Positions 12,277-26,263 of a stretch of 64,000 nucleotides of DNA are shown piece by piece. The position numbers and the translations under genes are program-made. Position 1 is the stretch's first letter. Every line of letters begins with the position of its first letter. The notes under the pieces are model-generated. The model was not told the DNA's origin and made no database searches. It was given only the letters and a program-made list of their open reading frames with translations. Origin of the DNA: Fistulifera solaris (lineage: Eukaryota); assembly GCA_030295235.1 (NCBI GenBank), contig AP026136.1, positions 558,001 to 622,000 of the forward strand. The letters run 5' to 3'.

Positions 12277-15200
12277 ATGGCACCGCGAGAGGCGACGGGA
12301 CACTTCCCTGATCAATATATTGCTTTTGATTATGAAACAGCCTTACCAGTAGGTCTCCCGCCGCAACATGATATTGCTCCGCTGGACGGTGACGGAGTCG
12401 AGAATGACCTTGATCTGGTGCAGCAGTCGTTCAATCACGTAGACTCTGGTACTCAATCTGCGACGGACCCGCATCGTCCCAGTTCAGGGTCTCCCATTGA
12501 TCCTCTTTCCATTGATCCTACTATGGATCAATCCACTCAAACGGCGGATCATAACATGAATTTGGAATCCTATTTCGCGAACAGCGGACGACCTTTTCGT
12601 CCCTGTCCGTTGGGTCTTCCATGGCAACTTCCAATCCTTCCTCATCACCCTTGAGTACAGGCTCGAGTATTCTACACACGACGACTGCACCAAATTCTCC
12701 TCTTTCGAGTGACGCAAGTGCTGTAAGGAGAAGAACGCAACAACAACGCTCGGTCTTTGACTCTCTCGGATCGAACGAAATGGAGGAAGATGACCCCGTC
12801 CCTTCGTTAGAACAAACGTTTGATTCGAGTACAAGCTTTTCCGCGCTTGGAAGTAGTTACATTCGACAGGTTTCGGTGACAGAACATTCCGAGACGGATC
12901 AACAACCCATATCCCCCGCTTCGTCGGAAGATTCACAAGAATCGATGCGGATGCTCTATCGGAATACGGCTTTTGATGATGTCGAGCCACCGCAATCACC
13001 CACCGGAAATCAATCTCAGGATGAATCCAACATTCCGTCATCGCCCAACTCGATTATGCTCACATTTGGTCCCAACACTACCGTGGCGGATCTCAAATAC
13101 TTTGCCGAAAGAGGCTGTATTGTGGCGCTGTTGCAAGCTTTAAACACCCCCGGCTCATTACACTGGGAACCCGCATGCTAGCCGATTATGCCAAAATGTC
13201 ACATCGAAGAGTGGCGGTGGCGTCGAATCGACGAATTTTAGAGTTCATTCAACGGACGATGCTGCAGGAATGCGATCAGCCCGATTGGTTAGGGCGAGAA
13301 TACGCGGTGGAAACAGTGAGAAGTCTGACAGCAACGGAAGAAAGTGATCGTTTTCTCATGAATACGCCGGGTTTGCTGAACACACTGGCACTTGTGGCGC
13401 GTGGCGGACCCTTTGTCACCGAAATGCCCGAAGACGGTGTTCCACGTTCCATTCCGTTGGCCTCGGAGAAAGCGCAGCTTCATGCTTGTATCGCCATTAT
13501 GAATCTAAGTTGTGGAAAGGCGAACAAGATTGAGATTGCGAAAGTTCCGGCGGTTCTGGAAGCGATGCGTGATGTTATGATGAGTCCATCGGAGGAAGCC
13601 CGGCTCAAAGCCACCACTTGCGTGAAGAATCTAAGTAATGCCGACGCCAATGATAATGCATTGCTAGGGACTCCGGGGTTACTGGAAGCTCTCGCACATG
13701 TTGCTGTAACAACATGTTCGCCGTTTGCAGGAGCTACGCCATGCACAACGAACGCATGTCTGGCTTTAATGAACTTGTCCATTTCCAAGACCAACAAGCA
13801 TCGTGTATTTCGCACGCCAGGTGTTATGGATGCTCTTATGACGGTGCTAGAGCGTACTACTGCTCAGGGGTCTTCGACGGAGGCTCGTATCAAAGCTTGC
13901 TCTGCTCTATCAAACTTGGCCATTGGTTACGACAACAAGATTCCCATGTTTAGTTACCCAGGATTTGTTGATTCGATTCTAAATGTCATTCAAACCGACA
14001 CAGGAGAAGCGCGAACGAAAGCTTGCTCTATTTTGTGGAGCTTTGCTGCCGAAATGAAGAACCAAGTGCCGGTCGTTCAACGAGGTGACATTCTTCCGGT
14101 GCTAGTGAAAGTTGCCGAAGAAGACGTGACAACAGAGGCGCGGTTCAAATGCGTTGCGGCGTTGACGTTACTTGCCGAATCACTCCAAAACGCAATTCCT
14201 CTGTTGGAGGCGGGTTCCCTTGCGCCTCTTATGGACATTTTGTACGACGCAGGCCCCGATCCTACCCAGTGGAAAGGTCAAACAGCATCGTGGTGCGTCG
14301 GTTTTCTTATGAATATTGCCCAGAGCGACGACGCTGTTCTAGCTTTACGAGAGGCTGGCGTAGTCGAGTTGTTGGCACCCTTACTGACATTGGATCACTA
14401 TCAAAGCCTCAAAGCGGCAATGGCTGTCACATTTTGCTGTCGCTTTGACGAAGGGGACGAGTGTTATGACCTTCTCCGAAAGACAGAGAATGTGATTCCG
14501 AAGATCGTGAGTCTGCTGCACAATACTTTATCTGGACGCGGAGGCAATGGGTACAAATATGGGGTGTTCACGCTCAGATCGTCTGTAGGCTGTATCGCCG
14601 CTCTTGCTTCAGGTCCCGAATTTATGAAGGAGCGAATAGCTACCAGCCCAGTTTTTGAAAGTCTCCTTCGTGTTGTGACCGACTTTTGCGTAGATGGCGG
14701 CTCACCAGGTGCCATTGTTGGAGGCGGTCGAGATGATGGCATAAGTGCAACACTTGCTATCCGTGCTCTCCAATCATTGACTGCGCATCTCATTCCTATT
14801 ACAGGCAGTAGCTCACTCCCCTTCGACCAGTCCATGGAAGATCGACTAATTGTTGCTTTTGAATCATTTGAACAGACGGTGCATCCCGACATTGCACCCA
14901 AGACTATACAACTTGCCACCGACGCAAAGTGTCGTATCCTGGGTGGGCGCAGATCAGCGCGTCGACTAGCACATTGTACATTTATGCAAGATACCGACGA
15001 TATCGACATGGCAGATGTTGCATCCATGGCAAGCCATTGCTGTGGTCTTGACACCATTCCTGGTTTCGGAGAGCATTTGCTGCAAGCATTGGCTTTGCCC
15101 TCTTTGAACAAGGACCCGATTAAGACGATCGCGCGTACCCCCAGTATTCTTGAAAGCGAATCGTCTGATTCGAAATCGGCTGTTCGTACATTTCTGTTGA

Positions 15201-15439
15201 CGGACACCAAATCAGGTCGTCGATTTGTCGTCCCTACTGATCCCAGTGGAGGCAGAAGCTTCAACGACACGAGGGTATGGTGTTATCGTCGAGGTCGATT
15301 CTGCACACCCGACGAGCAACCCGATTCTAGCTACATTTGGACCGAAGACTTGCAGCATGCTTACGAAGCCGCCCTTGCGGGGGAACAAGACTTGAACAAT
15401 CGATCAAGTAGTGGCTCCTTTAGTGGTCCAATCGCCTAG
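12277..15439 (+). CDS. Armadillo-repeat protein with Ser/Pro-rich disordered N-terminus
   Basis: Repeated A..A..NLS...NK..I...PG units (ACIAIMNLSCGKANKIEI, ACLALMNLSISKTNK, ACSALSNLAIGYDNK). Three ORFs joined by frameshifts near 12610 and 13160. Confidence 0.85.
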
Positions 15440-15606
15440 ATGATTTGACTATTGCAATTATTAATCACTTAGCAAAAGCTTATTAGGCAATGCATAAATT
15501 GTTTTGCCTGCCAGTTCGTATCAGTTTTGCAAAATTGATGCATTCTAAATCAGGTTTGGGGCGCAGGTTGGATTCAGACTTTTGCTCTATTCTCTAAATC
15601 AATGCA

Positions 15607-17372
15607 TTAAACTAGCATCGAGACGTTGTAGTTGTGGAGGCGCGCTTTGTCCGTTTCGACTTCTTGGCTTTTTTTATAGTTGAGCTTCTCCATCAGAACC
15701 TTAACGACCGATTTCGGAACCCCGCACTTAAGAGCCTCAGTAAGGACACTGTTTCCCTTCCAGGCTACGTTTATAGTTTTCGGTGCCGCCTTTAAAAGAG
15801 CCTTCACTACACCAGCGTTGGCGTTGGGGCCCATGCTCAATGCTTGATGAAGCACTATCATACCATTTTTGCTAATCGTCAAGCCCTCCGGATACGCATG
15901 GCACAATATTTTCACGACTTCAACCGATACATCGGGATTTTGCACAGCATTGATAAGTGGGGTCAGTCCTTCGTTGTCAGCGATGGAACACGCTCCTTTC
16001 TTTGAGGAAAGAAACTCTATGAGATCAGCCAATTCAGAAATATGCTCACTTCTACATGCAAGATGCAATGCTGAAGAACCATCATTGGTCTTTAATCCAA
16101 ACGAATCGTCCACAAATGATGACCCCATCAATATTTTCGTCAACTCAGATGGCACCCCGAAAAGAGCGCATACATGAAGCGGTGTCAAACCTTCCCTATT
16201 TTGAATTAACATGGGACTCGAGACACTTTCATCTCCGTGGCCCAGCTGTTGTTTTTCACCCATTAGAAATTCGATTACTTGTATCATGTTTTGATCATCA
16301 TTCGCATTTTGCCGCCGTGTAATGTTAACTAACTGTAAATGAAGCGACGTATCTCCATTTTTATCTTGCTGCATAATGCTGTCGGGGTATACTTGGATTA
16401 ACTCTTCGACAAAAGATGCAGCTATAAAGGAAGCGCCAGCAGTATAGTGCAAAGGTAGCATGCCTCGATTGTCAGCGTCTTTCGCACATGCAGGAGCTAG
16501 TCGAAGAAGTTGACTTAGTACGCCTCCATGTACCTGATTCGCGATAGCGATGTGCAACAAATTGAGACCTTTCACATTCTTGCACGACAATAAGGCTTCG
16601 GTTCCTACTTTCGTGAAAACACCCTCGGATAGTTTTTCGATAGCAGCTACTTCCTTGCATTCCTCCGCCTGCGTCATTGAAAAGGCATCGCTAGCGATCA
16701 AAAGATGCAAGCAAGTGTCACCGTAGGAGTTTGGCTTGCACAGGATGCCAATGTCTCGCATCAACGTATCTTCCACAATTGAAAAGTCCACACAGTCGCC
16801 ATTCAGGTTTGCACACAGTAGATGAAAGGGTGTATTGCCATCTTTGTCCTCAAGCGAGAGACAAGTTGTTCGGTCGACTTCGGGCAGCATACTGACCATC
16901 ATGTGAAAGAGCCCAGGAGGTGCTTTCCAGGCTGCTATGTGCAAGATCGATTCTCCCTCGCTGTCATTTCTTCTCGTCAAAACGCGGCAAATATCTTGCG
17001 AGCTTCCGTGTTTTTGTAATCGACGAAGCTGTCTTTTCACTTCAAGCCATCGACTCTCGTTCAAAAGTGGTAACAAGTCGATTTCAGATACAAAAACTTG
17101 ACTTTCTTGCTTGTGCCCAGGGATGAAGTTGAACTCCCTCCGTACGGATCAGAACTCAATGAAGATTCTTGCAACGAAATATGCTCCATCGATTGATGAA
17201 ACGAATTGATATCCGCGTCGCTGCTGACTCGAAAAGCGACATCGAAATCGCAGTCCGGAAACATGTCGCTCGCTGTGCTACTGACTTCCGGAGGTTCCTG
17301 GATCGAGACTTTCGGCGCTTTCTTCGGTGCGCGCTTCCATCTTTTCCGAAATACTCTGAAAATGAATGACAT
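15607..17372 (-). CDS. Ankyrin-repeat protein
   Basis: GESILHIA, GNTPFHLLC, GDTCLHL, GMLPLHY, GDTSLHL, GLTPLHV, GSSALHLAC, GLTPL. N-terminal ORF 17372-17061 is joined by a frameshift near 17080. Confidence 0.85.
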
Positions 17373-18847
17373 TGATTTGAAGCGCTATCTTGCGTTGAGT
17401 TCTAAAGGTTAATGAGTCCCTCAAGCAATTGAATCATTTATTGCTTGTCTAAGCACAGAAGCACGCGATCGAGAAATCGTCGTGGCGAGTATGACGAGTT
17501 CTTGTTGCAAACTTGCTGCAAAAAATTCATCTGAAATTTTTCATCCCGTCGATTGCATTGTGTACAATAGCATGTCGCACCCAACATCGCAACGGATGCC
17601 GAAATGCCGAGCATCAGAAAACGCAATCCACGAAACAACGAACACGAACCACACATACTGTACAAGGCATTGGCATCGAATGCATTTGATTTCTTTGACA
17701 AAAAAATCGCCGGTTGCTGCCATTTCGATAATAACCTCTTAAGCGATATACTGAAGTCGATTTCGGCTTCGATCGTGCTAATGAAGAAGATGGAATGGAT
17801 TGGTTTATTTCTATCTTCGCACGGATGACCACAGAGCTTTGACATTCTGATCCAGACTACCTTTTACCAAACGCATGATGGTCAACCGATTAAAGAGAAC
17901 TACGGCTATTATCGATTAGCGAAAAAATAATATCCGAGCACGGTTCCGTATCCCTCCAAAAATATACGCTCTCATTTTCCATCCCAAATTCGAGAAATTC
18001 TTACTTGAACGACTACACGCAATATCATAGGACTTGCATCCAAGAGGTCAAAGAGGCTCGAAGTTTTTTGATGTACACGGCTCCCCCCACAATAACGTGC
18101 TATATCAAGCGCGTCAACAAAACCGAATGTAAATAAAGCTGCCCATCTCTGAAAGAGGGCGTTATCTATCTCTCGCCGTTGATCATTGTTTGTCTTGGGA
18201 AGCAAGTGCTCTGCAGTTTCACTCTTTCTTTTGAGGTTCGTTAATGTGCCCTCTCAATCGAACGGATTATCAAGGAAGCCTAAACAAGAATAAAGTGATT
18301 TGTACCGACGATGGGTGATAACAAAACTATTCATTCATCGCCATTTTTGTCAGTTTTGGTCATAGGTCCAGCTACTTCTGTCACGCTCATCATCTTGGTT
18401 CCTAGTCTAGTCGTGCTGTCTTGCTTCTTCCGACACTTGGTCACAGTCCATAGTCGCGTCATGTCCCGCCGTTCTGGTCACAGTTCAACGCATGAGCAGT
18501 TTTAGAAGCGTGATAAAAGCTAAAAGCTACAATAGATGACGATCGATGATGCCATAATAATCCGTCTTGTGGCAAAAACTTTTCCTACCTGTCCTGTACA
18601 CTTTTTCTTTCGTGTCCTTCGTATGGTTACTGATGACTGCCGATGACAGATGACAGAGCAAAGACTTCACAGTTGCAATCTTAAGATTCTACGGAGTAGT
18701 AAGTACCAGGTACACGATGTATCTCACTGCGCTCTGCGCTGTGAAAAGGTATTTTGAAGTTTGAACCATGCTCCGTGCCCTGTTCGAAGTGTGATTGTAC
18801 CTCGTATTGGTGACTGGCGACAATCTTCGCCTGAGGGGTTGAGATTT

Positions 18848-18930
18848 GTAGTTCGTAGTTCGTAGTTCGTAGTTCGTCGTCTCCAGACTCCAGACTCGAG
18901 GGTCCAGAGTCCAGAGGTCCTGATCCTGAG
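18848..18930 (+). repeat. Cluster of 7-bp tandem micro-repeats
   Basis: (GTAGTTC)x4, then (CTCCAGA)x2, (GTCCAGA)x2 and (TCCTGA)x2. Confidence 0.85.
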
Positions 18931-19665
18931 GTCTTGAAGTGCGACACGCGAGGTAGTCATGCGTCATTGAATCGTTGTCCCTGATTTTAGATGGGCCAGG
19001 AAATAAAGCCTCAACAAATCGGTGCCAAACTCTTTCTTGCATCTTTAATCTTTACTCTACACGTAGGTTTGACATTTACGTTTTGCGTTTTGCGTTCTTG
19101 GTTTCGAGTCGTCTGCGTCATTCCGAAACAGCAATTACTGTATTAACATCATCACAGCGTCAAACGAACTCAAGAACACTGAACACTGACCATATCCACA
19201 GTATAAGGCAGAGTCCTAATTATCGTTGGACCTGTATCCTGTATCATCGATCATCGTGATGTCTTAGCTATGTCCCATGTGCGGATGTGCGGTATGGTAT
19301 GGGTATCCGATATCGGGTATCGGATGAGGGATGAGTGTTACAACGAATGTCGTATCTCGTATCTCGTACCGTTTTCTGGAATTTGTGGCAATTTCAGTTT
19401 TCAGTAGCATTCTGTTGTGCCAACTTTTAATTATCTTTTCGAAAAGGAGTATTTTGTACATCGTGGTTGCTGTTTTATCACGACTACGCGACTACGGTGT
19501 CCCGCGTCGAAGGGGGCCGTAGAATCGGACATTTTAAAAAAATCTTCCTCCATCGCGCCTACGGCAGTTTGGATCGCTGTGTGTTTGGCCAAAGTCAGAG
19601 ACAGTATGCCAACCTGGGCTTTTTTGCCTTGCCAAGTCCAACCGTCATAAATCACAGCCATCAAC

Positions 19666-20734
19666 ATGATCTATCACACACTACAAGAAAATGATATCCT
19701 CTTTGGCCGAGGCAATGGCGTTGCCTTCTTCCCTGGTAACATCAACTTTCGTTCCATCGCCTGGACGTTTCGCGACGAATACTCGAAAGTTATTAAAGCA
19801 GAAAGGAAAGTATTGGCGTACAAGGTCATGAACGTTCTCACTAATCTTGAGCCGCCGAGTCGGTTTTTGGAGCCAACGGAGCTTGGTTATCGCGAAGTTT
19901 CCAAAGCGCGGGTTCTCGAGAAGATTTGCCAGACTCTACGTGAGAAGAAGTTTCAACCACCGAAACCAGAAGACTCAAAACGAGTGGTGAAAAGTTTTCA
20001 TAACCTTACAAGTCTCAAGAAGAGTAAGCAATCGAGTTGCGTCAAGACGATAGTACCCACGAAGGCCAAATCAGGCAAGGAAGACGGAAAGCTCGTGTCG
20101 GCGAAAAGAATGTGTTCACTATCGAGCGCGGAGGAAAAAATAAACATTCGCTTAATTCACCGGGAGTCTCGCGCTCTACCAAGCCAAAGGTGGTGAGTCC
20201 CGACAGCAAGGTCGCAAAGTATTTACCAAAGACCGACAATAGTGACGCTCTTACTTGCCCTATCTTTACCGGGGAAGATGACAAACATCGCAACTCTTCC
20301 GACTGGCACCTCAAGCCGAGAGTTCTCTTCACCGAAGTGGACCACGAAGGCGACGATGATGACGACAATGATGATCAGCTTGATGTGTTCGGTCGCGCCA
20401 TAAGCTTTCTTCCAAAGCTTGAGCTCGCTCACTCTGAGAAGAACGGGGGGCTTTAAGTCAGACATTGGAGGATGAGTTGTTCGACCCGCTTTTTGCGGAC
20501 GAGTTTTACCCCAACTTCGATCCGCTTGCCATAGGAGACGAACACAACGAATCGATGTCATTCGAGGTTCCTCCGTCTCTCGTCTCCTTCTTTTCTGACT
20601 TTTCGAAGAAAGCACCGACTTGTTCGACGAGTCCTACCACCGTTCTTTATGCACACGACGGGCGTCATTTGATTTCGGACCAAGAAGACGATGAGAGAAT
20701 CACGGGGTGGGTTGAAGGCGGAGCCTTTTTCTAA
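19666..20734 (+). CDS. DUF6824-domain protein (diatom-expanded family)
   Basis: ENDILFGRG...PGNINFR...PPSRFLE...EVSKARVLEKICQTLRE. The low-complexity C-terminus is broken by frameshifts near 20180 and 20450 (G run). Confidence 0.8.
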
Positions 20735-21300
20735 AATTTGAAGGTCTTCAACAGAAGTTGCATCAGATGTGAAAGTTTTGAAAGGAACTTCAATTTTGCA
20801 TACAATTTAGTTTCGCTATAGTTAATCAAAATAGAAAAACATACTGCATACTGCATCAACAGTTTTTGCATGCTGAGCATCGCGCCATCCGTGACTAAAA
20901 AGGAACCGCGTAAGCGCACCTAACCTCTCCCTCTCTACCAGTACCGCGAGAATTCGTGACTTATGCTCATACTTTTGTTACTTCTTGAATACCAACGGAA
21001 ATCAATTTTTTCATAATTTCCGTTGATTTAATTACTTAGGGATACTCCTTTAAGCGATGCATTAATTTCCGGTGACTTATTGTTTGACGGTTAAAACTAC
21101 GGTGGGGTATCATTTGATTTGTACTGTGATTCAATGCGGCGCTCGCTCTTCGCTTTTTTCCGCTCGTCCCGGCGACGGCTTCTGTCCTGGCTTGCTGAAT
21201 TTTGTTTCGGCCATGAAACAAGGACTTTAGATTATTTACATCCAAGAATTGAATTGACTGCCTTTTCTCGTCGCAACTTTTACATCAATATATATACATC

Positions 21301-21759
21301 ATGTGTAACGATTTAGGAGAAGGTTCACGGTGCTGCGCATTCTATTCATTTACGGGCTTTCTATTCACTGTAAGTTCATCGGTGGTCTGAAGACAAGCAA
21401 TATGCATAGATTGATGCGCTGGGAGGGATAACTCGCGCGAAAACAACTGATGAATGCAATCCACTTGTCGAATGTGTTCCATTTCATTTCTCTAACCCCT
21501 TCTTGTTTTTTGATATTTGCAGTTATGGGTCGGAGTAATGGTACACAGTCAACCGTTTTTCATTGCCGGAATTGAAGATGCCGAGGAAGCCCGAGCGAAC
21601 GCTTTCGGTGCCATGGGAATGTTTCTGGTGACTTTTTTTGCTTCCATTGCGGGTATTTGGTATGATTCGAAAAACAAAGAATCGGTAGCGGCGGCTGGGG
21701 AATCTGGATATTATTTGAGTCACGGTGATATACCAACAAGCTACGGAACATCGGCCTAA
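21301..21759 (+). CDS. Small two-TM protein, RNase kappa / V-ATPase subunit f-like (paralog 1)
   Basis: Exon 1 21301-21369 MCNDLGEGSRCCAFYSFTGFLFT; intron 21370-21522; exon 2 LWVGVMVHSQPFFI...ARANAFGAMGMFLVTFFASI. Confidence 0.6.
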
Positions 21760-22422
21760 AACAAATTATTTTGTATGAATGTGACTTAACGTTTCGTCGA
21801 ACACCTCAGTCAACCATGTTTCCTTCCACCGACAACTCGTGGCTGTACGAAATACAACCGAAGATGCGATAAATGTGTCTTATAAAAACAAAAGCTCTAT
21901 TGTCATTACGTTACTCTGAAACCTGTTTTGACTTGATCACATGAAGTCTTTAAGTTGTATACGATAGCTATGATTACAACGTAATGGAGCGAATGGTGGA
22001 CGATTAGCTTGTGGAAAATGTGACGTGTGGACTCGTTTGGAAAACGTTACTCATGGCCGTGATGAATAGTTTCGTAGAACATGGCAATCTGATTGATAAG
22101 AAAATATGCTTCAATATGATAAAGATGAACAAAGAACTTCATATTCCAGCTAGAGACTCGACAAAAGTGAATAGTGACTACTTTGTATTCGTTCGCCCAC
22201 AAAGGTTAACTCGTGACTCGTTTACCATGACTGGTCGTATGTACATCGTCGGAAAGCGCTGTATGTACGTCAACCGATCAACGATTCGCGTCGAACCGGC
22301 AAGAAAAGATCGTCCGCAGCGTTGTATTGTATTGCTGTTGCATGGCAATGAAAGCAACAATTGTTTCGAAGTCGTTACATTATTAGTTCGTCGTAATAGT
22401 AAACGTTTTCAACTATTTCACC

Positions 22423-23233
22423 ATGAGCCGCGATTCGTAAGTTGCCGACTGACACAGCTGCTTCATCTCGTCCTTGACTTTTTGTCCTCAATATTTTCAT
22501 TAATTACAGCAATTATGATCACCACATTGCCATCTTTTCTCCACAGGGTCGCTTGTACCAAATGGAATACTGCTACAAAGCCGCTCAATCCGGTTTAACG
22601 GTAGTCGCGGTCCGCGGCAGTGATTCTACCGCGGTTGTCACACAAAAGAAAGTCCCCGATCGACTCATGGAACCGGAATCTGTCACCCATCTTTTCCAAA
22701 TAACTGACAAAATAGGATGTTGCGTGACCGGTACCAGTGCCGACGGAAAATCGTACGTCAAACGTGCGCGCTACGAAGCGGGAAAATGGGCGTTTGATCA
22801 CGGCTACTCGTGTCCGGTCTCCGTCTTGGCCAAGCGCATGGCGGATTTGGCGCAACTGGATACGCAATATGCGGGAATGCGTCCTTTGGCGGTCATTGCC
22901 GTTTTCATTGGTGTCGATGATGAAACGGGTCCGACAATTTACAAAGTCGATTGTGCCGGACACTATCTTCCGTACTTTGCCACCGCGGCGGGTCCGAAGG
23001 AGCAAGAAGCTATGAATTTTCTGGAAAAACGAGTCGACGAAATGAAAACAATGGACAGTGACAGTGTGGTTCGAACAGCAATCACTTGTTTGGGGCATGT
23101 TTTAGGAAGTGACTTTCGTGGGAGTGAAATTGAAGTAGCTCAGGTTGTCACGAAAAAGGGAAAGGTTCACATGCTGAATGAGGATGAAATTGAGGCTCAT
23201 TTGAATGCGATCGCCGATGACGCAGATGCCTAA
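22423..23233 (+). CDS. PSMA6: 20S proteasome subunit alpha-1 type (PSMA6/Scl1)
   Basis: MSRDS|NYDHHIAIFSPQGRLYQMEY with intron 22437-22509; TQKKVPDRL; RARYEA; TQYAGMRPL; AAGPKEQEAMNFLEKR. Confidence 0.95.
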
Positions 23234-23414
23234 TTTACTGATATTAGTAATAAATTTAACTTTCTGTATCTAGCTTCGCCATTGTCTCATTTAGATGTGT
23301 TGAAAATAAAAATGGCTTTCATAACGAATTTCATCCATAGGTATCCTTCAGAAGACGAACCAGCAATACGGAAATACTACAATAACTCTAATGCTAAAGC
23401 TCGTTAATCAAGAT

Positions 23415-25104
23415 TTAAAGTGACTCAATAGAGGGCAATCCAGTTCTCTTTCGGAGACGCTCCGCTACCAAGAAAGCCAATTCCAAGGCTTGCTTGCCAT
23501 TGAGGCGGGGATCGCAGTACGTGTTGTAGCGGTCGCTCAATGACTGCTCGGTTACACCACTCACACCACCCGTGCACTCGGTGACATCTTCACCGGTCAT
23601 TTCCAAATGAACACCTCCGGGGTGGCTGCCCATCTCATCGTGAACATCAAAGAACGCACGAAGCTCGGCTCGAATGGCTTCGAAACTTCGGGTCTTGATA
23701 CCCTCTTCCGTTTTGTAAGTGTTTCCGTGTACAGGGTCCGAGATCCACAAAACGGACTTTCCTTCACGCTGAACGGCGCGGATCAGTCCAGGAAGATTCT
23801 TACGCAATTTGTCAGCACCCATTCGCACGATGATGGTCAAACGCCCCGGAATATTTTGCGGGTTCATTGTTTCAATAATACGGATGAGCTCCTCAGGACT
23901 GCATTTGTCGCTGATCTTCACACCGAGAGGATTGCCAATACCGCGTACAAACTCCAAGTGCGCACCGTCGAGTTCACGCGTACGCTCTCCGACCCAAAGC
24001 ATGTGTCCCGAGCAATCGTACCAACGTCCTGTCGTCGAATCTTGTCGTGTCAAAGCCTGTTCATACGGCAACAATAAGCATTCGTGCGCGGTGTAGAAAT
24101 CGGTTTTGGTGAAAATAGGCGAACTGGTGTCAACACCGATAGCTTTCATGAAACGCAGAGATTCGTCGACCTTCGTGGCGAACTGACGGTAACTAGAATC
24201 GGAACCGAGATGAGGGTTAACATTCACTACTCCGGTAAATAGTCACTATGAGACAACTTACCGACTGCCTTCTTCTGTTTCTTCCACAAAATCCAGATTC
24301 CACGCATGCAAGCGACTCATGTCGGCATAACCACCCGTCGAAAAGGCCCGCAGAATGTTGAGCGTCTGTGCCGACTGATGGTAAGCAGCAATCATGTTGG
24401 CCGGGTTGTGACGACGCGCTTCGGGATGAAATTCTTCCGTATTAATAATATCACCACGGTACGAGGGCAATGCCACTCCATCCCGTACTTCATCGGGTTC
24501 ACTGCGCGGTTTGGCGAACTGCCCCGCCATCCGACCCACTTTGATAATGGGCATGGCCGCACCGAACGTCAAGACCAAGGACATTTGTAACATGACTCGG
24601 AACGTATCGCGAACATGATCTACGTTAAATTCATTGAAGGCTTCCGCACAATCCCCACCCATGAGAAGAAAACCTTGACCACTGCACGCGCGGGCCAAGG
24701 ATTCGTGCAGCGAGCGGACCTCACCGGCAAAAACCAAGGGTGAACATTTTTTAGCGTATTCACGGCTCGATCGAGTTCCTCGGGGTCCTCATAATTGGGA
24801 CCTTGTGAGACTTTTTTGTTTTTCCAAGATTCCGGCGACCAATCGGCGGTGGGAGCGCCGGGCTTGGAAGGAGGCGACGTTGCCACCATGGACAATCCGG
24901 AAGCAGGTCTATGAAAATTAAAAAGAAAGTCATTTATTTAAATCATTGAGAAAATCACATAAAAGTTCAGCGTCAAACGCAATGAGATGTGTGACAAATG
25001 AAAATAAGGTATAGAATGCTTTTCCGATTGGCGTACCTGGTGGTCGACGGATACATAAAGGCATGAGCCGAAGAGAGAGCGATCAATCCCAAGGATAGTT
25101 TCAT
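23415..25104 (-). CDS. Class II DAHP synthase (shikimate pathway), plastid-targeted
   Basis: Signal [16 protein letters not shown]; introns 25036-24909 and 24261-24193; [61 protein letters not shown]. Frameshift at a T run near 24750. Confidence 0.95.
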
Positions 25105-25670
25105 CCTAATTTTATTCTAGAATAGGAAATGAATGGAACTATTCGACTGAAAAAGGATCGAATCCTTTTAGTTATACATCCAGTTGGGGTGTTTTGGTTG
25201 TGCAGCTGTGATGAATTTTGCCGACGGCAACAAGCTGTCGCACATCGGGAGAAGGCGAAGAAGATTTTGCATGGTTCTCCGGCACTGGATCGTCTCATGT
25301 ACTTTAAAGTGGATACATCATAGGAAGTACAGCACGACTGGCGGGTAGACGGCTGGACGATGGCAACGTCGGACTGAATCATAAATGCTACGTCATCCAT
25401 CCATCTGGGATTGAAGTTGTGGTCGCGCAGAAGCTCATTTAATTCTCGGGTCTCGATATTTGAATTCCAAATTCCTTCCAACATCGAACCGTTACGTTTG
25501 GGAGGACGATGTCCGTGAGAGTTCGAGAAACACCGTCACAATCATGTTGCCCCGCATTGCGACCGTTTTGTTATTGCAGTATTCTATACTTGTATATCGT
25601 ACAAACCATCACGCACTATTCTTTTTTGTATCACTAGACTCATTTAGTCTTTGAAGCCGACGAAGCATTC

Positions 25671-26263
25671 ATGTGTTCCGACTTGACATCAGCATCACAG
25701 GCGTGTGCACTGTTTTCCGCCACCGGTATATTATTCATGGTAAGACTGAACGACATTGATCAGCGACCGTTTCGGTATGTTGATTTCCCAAGAGTCCGCG
25801 CATACGTAAATTTTCTAGAGTCCTTGGATGCTCTCCGTCTAGCATAAAGTCCTTTTCATGGGGGTCTCTTGAAGTAGGCGACGTGTCCTTTGCCACGACT
25901 CGAGACGACAGTTTTATGGTGTACCGTCTGTTCTTTGCCTTCGTCTCCCAATGTGTTCTTCTCATATTATTATCATTTGTGCTCTCTTGAACGCAGTCAT
26001 GGATCGGGATTCTTCTCATGAAACAACCACTCTACATTTTGGGTGTCGAAGACTTGGAACAGGCCAAAAGCAGTGCGTTTGGGGCCGCGGGGACTTTCTT
26101 TTTTACCTTTGTGGTTAGTATTGTTTATTTGATTCGAGATTCGAAACACGAGGTGAATTTCTCGTCGGTAACAACAAGACGAATGGGAAGTGGGTATGGT
26201 CAAGTTCCGCTGTCGGAAATGGACTTGGATGAGCCTGATGAGTTTGTGGGGACTTTTTCATAG
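25671..26263 (+). CDS. Small two-TM protein, RNase kappa / V-ATPase subunit f-like (paralog 2)
   Basis: Exon 1 25671-25739 MCSDLTSASQACALFSATGILFM; intron 25740-25996; exon 2 SWIGILLMKQPLYILGVEDLEQAKSSAFGAAGTFFFTFVVSI. Aligns with paralog 1. Confidence 0.6.

Noticed and set aside
14464..15270. 268-aa antisense ORF
   Set aside because: Shadow of the ARM-repeat gene.
17438..18300. Cluster of short ORFs with coding-like composition
   Set aside because: Frequent stops and no motif; neither gene nor transposon can be supported.
22011..22598. 195-aa ORF upstream of PSMA6
   Set aside because: No recognisable motif; it runs through the PSMA6 first exon and intron in a different frame from exon 2.
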